From an uncultured delta proteobacterium (GTDB taxonomy: Bacteria > Desulfobacterota > Binatia > UBA9968), in the NCBI GenBank assembly GCA_963840855.1, contig CAWJBB010000021.1:32001-96000 (forward strand): DNA of 64,000 bases, given 5' to 3'. A model generated the notes under the pieces. That model saw only the letters and a list, made by a program, of their open reading frames with translations. It was not told the DNA's origin and made no database searches. Below, one piece after another: positions 10,706 through 20,375 of the stretch (positions within the stretch are counted from its first letter, which is position 1; every line of letters begins with the position of its first letter). A program made the position numbers and the translations under genes.

Positions 10706-11881
10706 TTGGTGGACAAAGAACATTCCCTTTCGCGCGCGGAAACCGGATCCGTCATCGCCGTCAGTCTCATATCCGCGCTGCGCCTGCTCGGCATCTTTCT
10801 CATGTTGCCGATTTTCAGCGTCTATGCGGTTCGATATGCGGGAGCGAGCATGGCGTTGGCGGGCGTCGCCTTCGGCATCTACGCATTGACGCAAAGCTTG
10901 GCGCAGATCCCGCTCGGCTGGGCCAGCGACCGCTGGGGGCGCAAGCCGGTCTTGCTGATTGGACTCGCGCTGTTCGCGCTGGGAAGTATCGCCTGCGGCC
11001 TCGCCGAGACTATTTTTCAGCTCATCCTCGCCCGCGTCATCCAGGGCACGGGCGCCGTGGGCTCGGTCGCATTTGCCGCGCTGGCCGACGTGACCCGGCC
11101 GTCCGTGCGCACTCAGGCCTATACGATCACCGGCATCGCCATCGGATCGGCGTTCATGATCGGCATCTTGGCCGGGCCGCTGCTGGCGGCAAGTGTCGGT
11201 CTGGACGGTCTATTTTACCTGCTTGCGGCCATCGCTTTTCTCGCGATGCTTCTCGCCGCGATTACATTTCCGCGCGCTCCTCGCTCTGAGCACAAGGAAC
11301 CGCCGCTGGCGTTAAAGCCCATCCTTTTCGACGGCGCCTTGCGTCCGATCTTCCTGGCGGCCTTCGTCCTCTCCTTGGCGCTCAATCTATTTTTTTTCAC
11401 CTACCCGTTGAGCTGGCACGAGCTCGGCCTCGACAAGGCGGATCTTTGGAGAGTGTATCTGATTATTTTCTTGCCCAGCGCGCTTCTGGTCTTTCCTTAC
11501 GTGCGCCGGTCGGAGAAGCGCGGCCGCTTCCGCGCCCCGCTGCTCCTCGGCTGGCTGAGCGCGGCGGTGGGATATGCTGTCTACTTGCTCGGCGCGCAAT
11601 ACGATTTTCTTCTCTATCTGGGCGGCGCGACCTTTTTTTTCGGCTACAGCCTTTACCAGCCTCTGCTGCCGGCGTTTTTGACCAGGCGAGTGCCGCCCGC
11701 CGGCCGTGGCAGCGCCAGCGGCATCTATACCTTCGCCGGATACGCCGGCTCCTCCGTGGGCGGCATTTTAGGCGGCGCGTTGATGCAAATCTCGCCGTCG
11801 CTGCCCGAACTTCTCGGTGTTGTCACTTTGCTGCTGTGGTTTTTCCTGGGGCTGCCTTCGCCGCCGGAGAACAGCGCTTAG
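10706..11881 (+). CDS. MFS transporter (YajR-like)
   Basis: Motif A GWASDRWGRKP; about 12 hydrophobic segments. Confidence 0.9.
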   Translation: MVDKEHSLSRAETGSVIAVSLISALRLLGIFLMLPIFSVYAVRYAGASMALAGVAFGIYALTQSLAQIPLGWASDRWGRKPVLLIGLALFALGSIACGLAETIFQLILARVIQGTGAVGSVAFAALADVTRPSVRTQAYTITGIAIGSAFMIGILAGPLLAASVGLDGLFYLLAAIAFLAMLLAAITFPRAPRSEHKEPPLALKPILFDGALRPIFLAAFVLSLALNLFFFTYPLSWHELGLDKADLWRVYLIIFLPSALLVFPYVRRSEKRGRFRAPLLLGWLSAAVGYAVYLLGAQYDFLLYLGGATFFFGYSLYQPLLPAFLTRRVPPAGRGSASGIYTFAGYAGSSVGGILGGALMQISPSLPELLGVVTLLLWFFLGLPSPPENSA

Positions 11882-11986
11882 CGTGTCCGCCCCCTCCTCG
11901 CGAAAGCGGGGATCATCGCGGGGGTTGCTCGGAATGACGAGCGCGTAACGAACTTCAAAAATATTGCACTCGCTGGATTTTTGTCG

Positions 11987-12982
11987 CTACTGCAGATGGC
12001 TCAAGTCGACCAATTGATTGAGCTCTGCCTGGGTCAACGGTTGTTTTAAGAAATTATTTTTGATTCCGTCCTCGATGATCGTCTGCATGCCGCGTATCGG
12101 TTTCAAGCTCATCGCCGCTCTGTTGTAGTATTCCCAAGTTTTGAGCACGGCCGATTCGGGGAATTTCAATTCGGCGCGGCGTATCCAAATTTTAGCGGTG
12201 TCTTCTTTGTGTTCGAACATGTAGTCGAGGGCGCGCTGTTGCGCTCTGAAAAAGCCGCGGACGGCCTCCGGGCTTCTTGTCGCAAAGTCGTTGTTGGTGA
12301 AATGCACCCGCGCGGTAATATCTTTCATCGCCGCGATCTCATCGCCCCTGACGACGACGCGGAGTTCACCTTTCTCCACCCGGTCCAAATAAAACGGCGC
12401 CACTGACCAACCAGCGTCGGCCTGGCCGGTGCGAACCGCCGTATAAACCTCCGGGATGCCGCCCAACGACACCGGTTCGGCCGGTTTGAGTCCCCTGGCT
12501 TTGAGCTGATCCGCAATCCCGAGCACAGCCATGTGACTTGATGCGCCCGGGCGGCTGTAGGCCACTTTTTTACCCGCGAGATCGTCGAATTTGCGGATGG
12601 AAGTGTTGCTCTGCACATACCAGTAGGCATCCATCCCGGTAATCTCAGCGGCGGCGATTTTGATCGGCGCCTTTTTTACGAATGCGCTAATGACCGCCAA
12701 AGTTCCGGTGCCGAGACCAATCTGCGCGTCGCCGGAGACCACCGCTTGCACGTTTTCGCCCCCGCCGCGGGTAAACACGGCGTCAACGTCGATATTATTC
12801 TCCCGGTAAAAGCCCTTTTCATGGGCGATGTATACCGGCACGGCAACGGTGAACAGCACCCGGTGCGGCACCACGACGACGATTTTAGTGCGCGCCGATG
12901 CCGCCAGCGATGCAGTCGGTGCCCCGAGCCAGAGAAAAAACGCGACCAGGGCGAAAGTTCCATAGCGAAGTTTTTGTTCCAT
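11987..12982 (-). CDS. TauA/NMT1-like ABC substrate-binding protein
   Basis: Signal peptide; AHEKGFYRE, RGGGENVQA. Confidence 0.85.
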   Translation of the reverse strand: MEQKLRYGTFALVAFFLWLGAPTASLAASARTKIVVVVPHRVLFTVAVPVYIAHEKGFYRENNIDVDAVFTRGGGENVQAVVSGDAQIGLGTGTLAVISAFVKKAPIKIAAAEITGMDAYWYVQSNTSIRKFDDLAGKKVAYSRPGASSHMAVLGIADQLKARGLKPAEPVSLGGIPEVYTAVRTGQADAGWSVAPFYLDRVEKGELRVVVRGDEIAAMKDITARVHFTNNDFATRSPEAVRGFFRAQQRALDYMFEHKEDTAKIWIRRAELKFPESAVLKTWEYYNRAAMSLKPIRGMQTIIEDGIKNNFLKQPLTQAELNQLVDLSHLQ

Positions 12983-12994
12983 GGCTCGACCTCC

Positions 12995-13789
12995 TTAGTC
13001 TCGATGCTCCATTTGTTTGAAGCCTTTGAGCGATTCCTCTCTGAGCGCGCCCCAAACTTGCGCCACCAGCCGGCCGAAGCGGTCGGAAGCAATAATCGTC
13101 GAATCGCGTGGATGAGGCAAGTCGATATCGACCAGCGACTTCACCCGGCCAGGACGCGCGGTCATCACCATCACCCTGTCTGACAGCTGTACCGATTCAT
13201 TGATATTATGCGTCACAAACATGATTGTTTGCTTGAGCTGGTCGCGGATTTTGAGCAGCTCCTCTCCCAGAATGATCCGAGTCTGTTCGTCCAGCGCGCC
13301 AAAGGGTTCGTCCATCAAAAGAATCTTGGGCTGCAATACCAACGCGCGGGCAATGGCCACCCGCTGGCGCATACCGCCGGAAAGCTCGGAAGGATAACGC
13401 GCTTCGAAACCGGAAAGGCCGACCAGACCAATCATGTCCGACGCCTTGCGCCGCCGATCGTCCTGAGGCACGCCGCGCATCTCGAGGCCGAACTCGACGT
13501 TGGCGAGAGTCGTGCGCCAGGGAAAAGTGGATTCCTCCTGAAACACCATGGCGATGGCCGGATGGGGCCCTTTCACCGGCTCGGCTTCCACCGTTAATCC
13601 GCCAGAGCTCGCGGGTATCAACCCGCCGATGATTCTCAGCAACGTCGATTTGCCGCAACCCGACGGGCCGATGATGGAGAAAAACTCGCCGGCGCGAACC
13701 TCCAGTGAAACGTCATCGACCGCCGAGACGGGTTGAAGCCCGTCGTCCGGGTCGCCGAACACTTTGCTGACATTACGGAGGCTAAGCAT
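12995..13789 (-). CDS. NitT/TauT-family ABC ATPase
   Basis: [28 protein letters not shown]. Confidence 0.95.
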   Translation of the reverse strand: MLSLRNVSKVFGDPDDGLQPVSAVDDVSLEVRAGEFFSIIGPSGCGKSTLLRIIGGLIPASSGGLTVEAEPVKGPHPAIAMVFQEESTFPWRTTLANVEFGLEMRGVPQDDRRRKASDMIGLVGLSGFEARYPSELSGGMRQRVAIARALVLQPKILLMDEPFGALDEQTRIILGEELLKIRDQLKQTIMFVTHNINESVQLSDRVMVMTARPGRVKSLVDIDLPHPRDSTIIASDRFGRLVAQVWGALREESLKGFKQMEHRD

Positions 13790-13909
13790 CGCTACGGTGG
13801 CAATTTGGAGCAAGAGGAAAAATAGTACAGGCCATCCGTAAACGCAAAGGATTTTCCTGACGGCCGTGAGCCGTATCGCAGGCCCGTTTCGAGCTCTCGC
13901 CTTGACCCG

Positions 13910-14115
13910 CTAAGGCACCGCGCTGCCCCAGAGTTCCTGCGAAACCACATTGTCGAGAGCGGTATACAAGTGCATGAACCCGCCGGTAACCGCGCATGTG
14001 CCGATGCGGGTCTTGACTGCCACCTCTCCTGGTTTCGCGAGATATGGATTGGCGTGGGCCCGACTTCCGTCCAAGCCGAGCATCAACGTGACCTGAGCGA
14101 AAAGCGCAAACATCC
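13910..14115 (-). pseudogene. Truncated N-terminus of a probable ABC substrate-binding protein at the integron boundary
   Basis: Signal-like segment plus ANPYLAKPGE...IGTCAVTGGFMHLYTALDN, then an early stop. Confidence 0.4.
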
Positions 14116-14151
14116 GCCCACCGCAGGAACAAAATGCATGGCCTGGCCCCT

Positions 14152-14610
14152 TTAGACTGCGCCCAGTCTTTTTCTCAAACCCTCCGCTCCCCATCCCATC
14201 ACCACGTCATGATTCCACTTGAAGAGCGGACGCGCCAGCGGCGACAGTATATTCATCCAAAGCTTCGTCGTCTCGACCTCCCAGTCATAACGTGCAACTG
14301 TGCCCGTCCGATCGACGGAAAACTGCCAGAGCCCTTTCCCTTCCAGTTCTCCAGTAGCGACCGCTTCGATTATTGACAAGGGTTCAACGCGTACTGTCCG
14401 CATGTCAAATGTGAGCTTATACGGGAGCAGGCTTTTCCAAGTATAGCGACGAACGCTGTCGATACCATCTTTATCTCCCTGCTTCAGCTCGACAACGCTC
14501 TCTACGCCTTTCCACCAGTTTGGCCAAAACTCAGAATGGTAGATTTCATTCCAAACAGATTCGATGGGCGCCGTAACATCCCAGATGGTTACAAACCTAT
14601 ATTTCGCCAT
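14152..14610 (-). CDS. SRPBCC/polyketide cyclase family protein (probable distal cassette)
   Basis: APIESVW...WPNWWKG...WNHDVVM START-like pattern. Confidence 0.85.
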   Translation of the reverse strand: MAKYRFVTIWDVTAPIESVWNEIYHSEFWPNWWKGVESVVELKQGDKDGIDSVRRYTWKSLLPYKLTFDMRTVRVEPLSIIEAVATGELEGKGLWQFSVDRTGTVARYDWEVETTKLWMNILSPLARPLFKWNHDVVMGWGAEGLRKRLGAV

Positions 14611-14622
14611 GATGCATGATGA

Positions 14623-14768
14623 ACTAGTGAACTGTAACAGCTACATAGCGTTTGCCGTTCATGGTTCGAGAACCTCACCACGAACGGCTCGCGCCTTGAC
14701 CGTTCACCCTGAGCTTGTCGAAGGGTTCTGCGAACTTAGACGCGAACCAACCGTTACAGTTCACTAGT
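14623..14768. mobile_element. MITE-like element, 146 bp, perfect 16-bp terminal inverted repeats, internal REP-like palindromes
   Basis: ACTAGTGAACTGTAAC ... GTTACAGTTCACTAGT; internal CCGTTCACCCTGAGCTTGTCGAAGGG. Confidence 0.75.
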
Positions 14769-14846
14769 GGCGCTGCGGGCTGACGCCATCCTTTTCGCCA
14801 TGGGCAATTAACCCTTCGATGAAAGTGGTGCTTGCAACAACGGCAT

Positions 14847-15458
14847 CTAACGCCCGATCGTTCGCAAAGCGGCCTTCACGTCACCCGCAGTTTTGTACTT
14901 TGCAATTTTTTTTGTCCCGTCTTGCCACTCGCACTCACATCCCCCTTCGAGCTTCTTGCTAATGCTCTCTTCAAATTTTAACTTGGTAGCCTTTTTATCT
15001 GGGCTTGGTGCCGCATAGACGAAAGTGGCGTAGAGCTTGCCGCGAAAGTCGTAGTGGACCTGAGGCCAGGAACAAATAATAATCAGTTTCGTCTGCTTGC
15101 CTCTACCGACATTGGCAAAGAACACGGATTCAATTTCTGGGTCACCACCCTCTGGCTTGAAAGTATCGATCAAGACCTTTCGGTATGTTTTGCCGGCTTC
15201 GGGTAGGTATATGTAACTCACAATTCGACGATATGTTTGGCCCGACTCCTCGAACTCTTGTTCGTAAAACGCAATGATAGCATTCGACTTTGCGCCCCAT
15301 GCGCTCGTCTCAACGACTTGGTGTACGAGTGTCGTTTGCGGCGGCCCGGATCTCTTCGCGAAGTTCTCAGCCGTCTCATTGGCCAGCCGCGTTACGGACG
15401 AGGCGTCGGCCGACAGCGGAGCGAAAAGTAAAAAAAGTATTACGAGTAGCGGCTTCAT
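14847..15458 (-). CDS. Secreted hypothetical protein (cassette)
   Basis: Signal peptide MKPLLVILFLLFAPLSADA; starts just after attC core GTTAGGA. Confidence 0.75.
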   Translation of the reverse strand: MKPLLVILFLLFAPLSADASSVTRLANETAENFAKRSGPPQTTLVHQVVETSAWGAKSNAIIAFYEQEFEESGQTYRRIVSYIYLPEAGKTYRKVLIDTFKPEGGDPEIESVFFANVGRGKQTKLIIICSWPQVHYDFRGKLYATFVYAAPSPDKKATKLKFEESISKKLEGGCECEWQDGTKKIAKYKTAGDVKAALRTIGR

Positions 15459-15465
15459 AAGGTAA

Positions 15466-15528
15466 TCCTAACGACTTGGCATGAGGGACGCGACGTTAGG
15501 AGCGTCTCACTGTATGTCCTCGTTAGGC
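15466..15528 (-). other. attC site
   Basis: Minus strand GCCTAAC...GTTAGGA, 63 bp, internal GAGACGC/GCGTCCCTC stem. Confidence 0.75.
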
Positions 15529-15567
15529 GCCTAAAATGATGGGGGCGGGCCGCCCTCCCTGGCTGTT

Positions 15568-16185
15568 TTAGGACTTCCAAATACCTAGCGCCCGGAGCGT
15601 CGCGTCGCGCCGTTCTGACAGGCCGAGTTTTGCAGGACCATTGATTTTTGCAGTCACGCCTTCGACATCGCCGACATCAGCCAATGGAGAACATTGACGC
15701 GCATCCCAAAACGCAAACGCTACGCTGGCGGCGGTCTTGGGTTCACGCGCGAGTTCAGGATTACCTTCTAGATCCAGATTGACGATGCCTCCGATTTCTC
15801 GATAGTTTGACCGGCCTGTGAGCTGCTTATACCCAGAGCCTCGGTACCGCCATCCATCTCCGCTCGCTTCGTCGCCGTTGCCGATACGATTGGCATAGAC
15901 GCGGTTGGCGATCGCCTCTGGCCCACGCCGAATCAAGGCACGGGCATCCTCGCTTCCACGCACCGCCGAAAAAATTCCATCGAGCCGTGCCGGATCTTTG
16001 TAATTCAAATTTTCCACCATGATCGCAAAGCCGCCCGTTTCAACGAAGATTTGACCCAGGAAATGACAAAGTCGACGCGCTGTCGTCACCGAACTAGTCT
16101 GTCGTGCATTCTCTAATGCGCTTGCATGAATTTCTGGGTCTTTGATTCTGGGAGCAAATTTGCGAAGCGTTTCGGCCGTAATCAT
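15568..16185 (-). CDS. Glycoside hydrolase family 19 (endolysin/chitinase-like), cassette
   Basis: HFLGQIFVETGG, ENLNY, GDGWRYRGSGYKQLTGRSNY, TAKING; GGAG RBS. Confidence 0.9.
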   Translation of the reverse strand: MITAETLRKFAPRIKDPEIHASALENARQTSSVTTARRLCHFLGQIFVETGGFAIMVENLNYKDPARLDGIFSAVRGSEDARALIRRGPEAIANRVYANRIGNGDEASGDGWRYRGSGYKQLTGRSNYREIGGIVNLDLEGNPELAREPKTAASVAFAFWDARQCSPLADVGDVEGVTAKINGPAKLGLSERRDATLRALGIWKS

Positions 16186-16309
16186 TGGAATACTCCTAAG
16201 GATATAGATAGTGCATCGCGACTTCAACGAATTTCTGAGCAAAAGGTAGATTCGCGCCGAGTGTTTGTCAAGGGTTAGATGGATCTCTCCAACCGGGGTG
16301 ATGCCGGGC

Positions 16310-16375
16310 GCCTAATGAAGTCCCCTCAATCCTATTGTGACGCTTCTTGGCGGTCCGGTTAGTGACGCATTAGGC
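16310..16375 (-). other. Degenerate attC (cores GCCTAAT / ATTAGGC)
   Basis: Cassette start TTAGGCGCC matches the GH19 cassette end GGCGCCTAAC; the stem is poor. Confidence 0.4.
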
Positions 16376-16465
16376 GGCAGGCGAGTTACGGCAGCGCGGT
16401 GCATCTCCATGCGAGACAGCAAACAACGCACTAAATCGGTGTGATAACCAAGCATACGAACTCTT

Positions 16466-16732
16466 TTACGAAAACTTCCACCATACAAACAGCGCGCCGG
16501 CGGCAGGAAGGGCGAAAATCAATAGAAAAATTGGGAGTTCCTCGGCGACCGAATACCCGGCGCTCGTAACGCCAATCCACATATTAAGCAGAGCGGCTAC
16601 CATCCAGAGCGGGATGAAGACTTTGGCAGCAGTGACCATAGGCTGCGTGCCGGCTCCGCCAATCAACCGCCCTGCCAAGACAGACAGACCGAGCAGCACG
16701 AAGCCTCCCAGGATGATCGTCATCGTGCGCAT
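16466..16732 (-). CDS. Small membrane protein (cassette)
   Basis: Three hydrophobic segments, AGYSVAEELPIF; preceded by core GTTGGGC at 16779. Confidence 0.8.
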   Translation of the reverse strand: MRTMTIILGGFVLLGLSVLAGRLIGGAGTQPMVTAAKVFIPLWMVAALLNMWIGVTSAGYSVAEELPIFLLIFALPAAGALFVWWKFS

Positions 16733-16822
16733 CGTTTCTTCCTTGAGCCAACCTGATGTGCTTGCGCGTAACGCCCAACGTATTGCGTTTTATCCCCCAA
16801 AGCGTACTGAGAGCGCGCGCGC

Positions 16823-17660
16823 TCACGACGGCTTGATGCCTGCGGCCACCGTACCTCGGCTGGACGCAATCAATCCTCGGAGAGATCCCGAAGGATCGAC
16901 GGTGCGCCGCGGTCACTCAGCCCAGCGGCTACCCGCACGGCCTCGGGGCTGCACTGACCACCGCCCGATAGGCGCCGAACGCCTCCTGCATCATCGCCAA
17001 TGCCTGTGCGGCCGATGGCAGCCGTAACGGGAAGACCAAAGTGCGTTGCTCGACTCCCACAAAACCATTGTCTGTCAACAAGCGCTCGAGCACACCGGGA
17101 GCGCCGAGCGCAAAAATCCCTGGTTGTCCGGGCGGCGGTGGCGACTTGCCGGCGTGGCGCAGCAGAATCTCCATCGGCGCGGCCATAAACGGATTGGCCG
17201 GCGGCGTGGTGAAGACTACGACAGCGATCTTCCCGCCGGGACGCAGAGCGTGCCGCACCGCCGCAAGGGCTTGTGCCGGTGCAACAAAGAGCATCAGGCC
17301 TAAACGACAGATGACTGCATCGAAGCTCTGCGCGGCCACATCGAGGTCTTCTGCGGCGCCCGCTAGCGTCGTGACATTAGCAAGACCAGCGACGCGTGCG
17401 TTTTCCCGCACGTGGTGCAGCATCGATTCGGCAATATCATTCGCGACCACGTGCCCCCGTGGGCCAACCCGGTGGGCCGCACGCAAAGTCTGGCTACCCG
17501 CGCCGCAGGCGAGGTCGAGCACGCGCGCGCCGGCGTCGACCCCAGCCATGGTCAGCATGGTCTCGGTGGCGGGCTCCATCCAGTTGGCGACAGCCGTTTC
17601 CCATCGCGCCCAACCAGGCGCGGCGCCTTCCCACTGTTGCCGGATATCTGCCTGCTGCAT
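16823..17660 (-). CDS. Class I SAM-dependent methyltransferase (UbiE-like) with indels near the C-terminus (cassette)
   Basis: VLDLACGAG, FDAVICRLGLM; C-terminal VAAGIKPS* lies in another frame. Confidence 0.8.
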
Positions 17661-17706
17661 GTCTTCTCCCTTACGGTCCCCGCTCTAGCGGCGATGTTTG
17701 TTCAAT

Positions 17707-17786
17707 GCCAAACGTTTTTAATCAGTCGCACGACGGCTTTGCGAGCGCCGGCCTATTCCGCGTCGATCTGAAGCAGATGGTTAGGT
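17707..17786 (-). other. attC site
   Basis: Minus ACCTAAC..TCAGATCG...CGACTGA..GTTTGGC, with an extrahelical base in the L arm. Confidence 0.65.
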
Positions 17787-17823
17787 CTAGAAATTAAGAA
17801 TGTTCCCCTTCTTTCCCTCTCCA

Positions 17824-18831
17824 TTACCTCTGCCCCCCGTAGAGCCGGTCGATGAAGCTGCTCTTGTCCAGCTCGGCAAGCGGTCCGGAATCGATGAACT
17901 CGGCGGGCTTTCGCTGGGCCACGCGCGGGTCTCGCTCGGCGAGATCGTTAAGAACGGCTTGGACCGCGCTATCCACTGCGTAGGGCTTCGCCGGCATTTC
18001 CCTTCCATAATGGCTCCACGCTTCTCCCATGGCGTCGCTGTCCTTGCTGCGCATGAATTTCGAAAGAAGGGAGATCGTCTCCTCTTTCCGCGTCTTGAAG
18101 AAGTGGACGCCGCGGACGATGGCGCGCACGACGCGATGAGTGAGGTTGGGATGCTGCTTGATAAACGAGCGCCGCGTCGCCAGCGTGGCGCCCTGGTATT
18201 CGACTTTCAAATCGTAGAGATCAACGAGAAAATGCATCCCCATCTTTCGCGCGGGAATCGTTGTGGGCGGCGAGATCATGGTGGCCGCGACCTTGCCGGT
18301 TTCGAGCGCCGGCCACATCACCTCGTTCGATCCGAGGTAGATGAGCGTCACGTCCTTGTCGGGATCGAGGCCCAGATGGCGGAGCGAGGTGCGCGCGTTT
18401 TTCTCATAGGCGTCGCCCGGCCTTTGGAGGCCGACGATCTTTCCTTTTAGCTCCCTGGCCGTTCGAATCTCGGGGCGAGAGGCTAGAATCATCGACGCAT
18501 AGCGTGAAAACCCGCCGAGCATTACGACGTCTCCCTGCTTCATCGATGCCGGGATCAGGAGGAAGGCAGACATGATGGAGAAATCGACGTCAGTGGAGAT
18601 GAGCGCGATGGGGGCGACGGAGCCGGAAGTCTGCACGATCTCGACCTCGAGGCCTTCCTCGCGGAAGAAACCCGCCGCGTTAGTCACATACGGGATGGAA
18701 TGGGCCACCGCGCGCGCCGCATGGCCGATTCGAATTTTCTCTTTCTCGGGTTTGCTCTGAGCCAAAGCGGCCGCTTCGACAGAGACGAGACAGAGAAGCA
18801 ACACAGAGGTAAGGAATGATCTTTTTTTCAT
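17824..18831 (-). CDS. TauA/NMT1-like ABC substrate-binding protein located between two attC sites
   Basis: Signal peptide; AGFFREEGLEVEIV, LGLDPDKDV. Confidence 0.85.
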   Translation of the reverse strand: MKKRSFLTSVLLLCLVSVEAAALAQSKPEKEKIRIGHAARAVAHSIPYVTNAAGFFREEGLEVEIVQTSGSVAPIALISTDVDFSIMSAFLLIPASMKQGDVVMLGGFSRYASMILASRPEIRTARELKGKIVGLQRPGDAYEKNARTSLRHLGLDPDKDVTLIYLGSNEVMWPALETGKVAATMISPPTTIPARKMGMHFLVDLYDLKVEYQGATLATRRSFIKQHPNLTHRVVRAIVRGVHFFKTRKEETISLLSKFMRSKDSDAMGEAWSHYGREMPAKPYAVDSAVQAVLNDLAERDPRVAQRKPAEFIDSGPLAELDKSSFIDRLYGGQR

Positions 18832-18935
18832 CGCAGCTTTCCCCTCTTGAACCCTTGATCCTTAAAATCCTTGACACTGCGGAGAGTACTTCGAGCATAC
18901 GTAGAGAACCTCAAGTGTGCGGGAGCGCTGTGGCG

Positions 18936-19032
18936 CCGAAACGGTTGGCGCTTGAGCGGCAACCGCGCTCAGCATATGGTCGCATCCATCGGGTAGCCGG
19001 GCGCGGTTGACCGCTCCAAGCGAGTGTTAGGA
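18936..19032 (-). other. attC site with non-canonical R' (GTTTCGG)
   Basis: TCCTAAC..CGCTTGGAGCGGTCAACCGCGC...GCGCGGTTGCCGCTCAAGCG..GTT. Confidence 0.8.
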
Positions 19033-19076
19033 TGCTGTCGCCTCGGCGGCCCAGCCTTCCCACGCAACTGCCTAGC

Positions 19077-19466
19077 CTAACTTCGTTGGGCTCGCATGCT
19101 GGCGCGCCTTGCCACGACGAAGGCGACAGTCATAAGCAGATGAATCACAAGGAACAGTTTCGCTACCTGGCGTGCGCCACCACTGAACACCCCCCATACG
19201 TCCATGGAAGTTGCGCAACCAAACCCAACGATATTGGCAAGGACAATGGCGTTACGCGCCGCAGAAGGCTCCGCATTCCGAGCCATCCAGTTCAAAACTG
19301 CAATCCCAAGAAAGGGACCGCGGAAAACCCGGAGATAGGCGATCAGTGCGGGGGAGGCATCCGCTGGAACGGCATCGATACCTATCTCCCGTGGGGCAAA
19401 CATGAACCCGACGCCAAGAACGGCCAGGTAAATCGCTGAGATTGTTAGCACTACCTTGAGCTTCAT
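19077..19466 (-). CDS. Membrane protein, about 4 TM (cassette)
   Basis: MKLKVVLTISAIYLAVLG; AGGAG RBS. Confidence 0.8.
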   Translation of the reverse strand: MKLKVVLTISAIYLAVLGVGFMFAPREIGIDAVPADASPALIAYLRVFRGPFLGIAVLNWMARNAEPSAARNAIVLANIVGFGCATSMDVWGVFSGGARQVAKLFLVIHLLMTVAFVVARRASMRAQRS

Positions 19467-19491
19467 GCGATAGGCTCCTGTGTGAAGATAT

Positions 19492-19560
19492 TTGAGCCGC
19501 GCGCCGGGGCGACAGGTTAGCACGGACGGTCGGCGCGACAGCTCCAGCGCGAGGTTAAGC
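19492..19560 (-). other. Truncated attC (R' core missing)
   Basis: GCTTAAC..GAGCTGTCGCGCCG...CGGCGCGCGGCTC followed by no GTTRRRY. Confidence 0.65.
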
Positions 19561-20352
19561 AGCGCCTGGTCGAATCGAGTTCTGCTGAAACGCCAGGAGT
19601 TCGATTATCTCGATGACGGGCGTAGCCGCCAGCTCCTGAGCCGCCGATCTCTCAATTGCAGCCTGTCCGTGCTGGAATGCCAAATCTGAAACGAGCGCAA
19701 GCGCCGTATCAGCGCGCACGCTGGTTCGCTTCGCGAACTCGCAGAGACTCGTCGCCGTCATCTGCTCGACGCGCCGATGCTCCCTCAACAGGAATCCGCT
19801 CCTTTCAAAGACCAGGACCGTCTCCTGAATCGTCGGAAGTTGTTGACAAATGGCTCGGGTCGACGGCCAATAGCGAAACAATGTCGGGAACCCATCAAGT
19901 TGATCACCGAAAGTACCCCTCACGAGCACGTGGCCTCCACGACGCACGATCCGGCGAAGCTCGTTCGCGCAGGCATGCCGATCCCGAACGTGATGCCAGA
20001 CCTGGGACATCCATACGAGATCGCAGCTCTCGCCTCGCAATGGAATACACTCTGCGGAGCCGGCAATATACGACAGATTGTTCTGTTTCTCCCCGCTGGC
20101 ACCGATGGCAAGCATCCTGGTCGACGGCTCTACAGCAATGACCTGAATGTCGAACGATCGCGCAAACAGTGTCGCAAAGCGGCCCGTACCTGATCCCAGA
20201 TCCAGAAGCCGAGTGAACTCCGTGTCCTCGACAAACGGCGCAAGAACGGAGGACCATGTTCCGGCAGCTTCGTTCGAAAGGGCCCGCCCGGCCTGATAGT
20301 TGGCCGACATTCGACCCTCGTAGTCAATCACACCGGGAGAGAATTTCTTCAT
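19555..20352 (-). CDS. Class I SAM-dependent methyltransferase (cassette)
   Basis: LLDLGSGTG, AVEPS, GSAECIPL; stop codon lies in attC R''. Confidence 0.9.
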   Translation of the reverse strand: MKKFSPGVIDYEGRMSANYQAGRALSNEAAGTWSSVLAPFVEDTEFTRLLDLGSGTGRFATLFARSFDIQVIAVEPSTRMLAIGASGEKQNNLSYIAGSAECIPLRGESCDLVWMSQVWHHVRDRHACANELRRIVRRGGHVLVRGTFGDQLDGFPTLFRYWPSTRAICQQLPTIQETVLVFERSGFLLREHRRVEQMTATSLCEFAKRTSVRADTALALVSDLAFQHGQAAIERSAAQELAATPVIEIIELLAFQQNSIRPGAA

Positions 20353-20375
20353 TCTGGATTGCCGTCTTGCCGACT

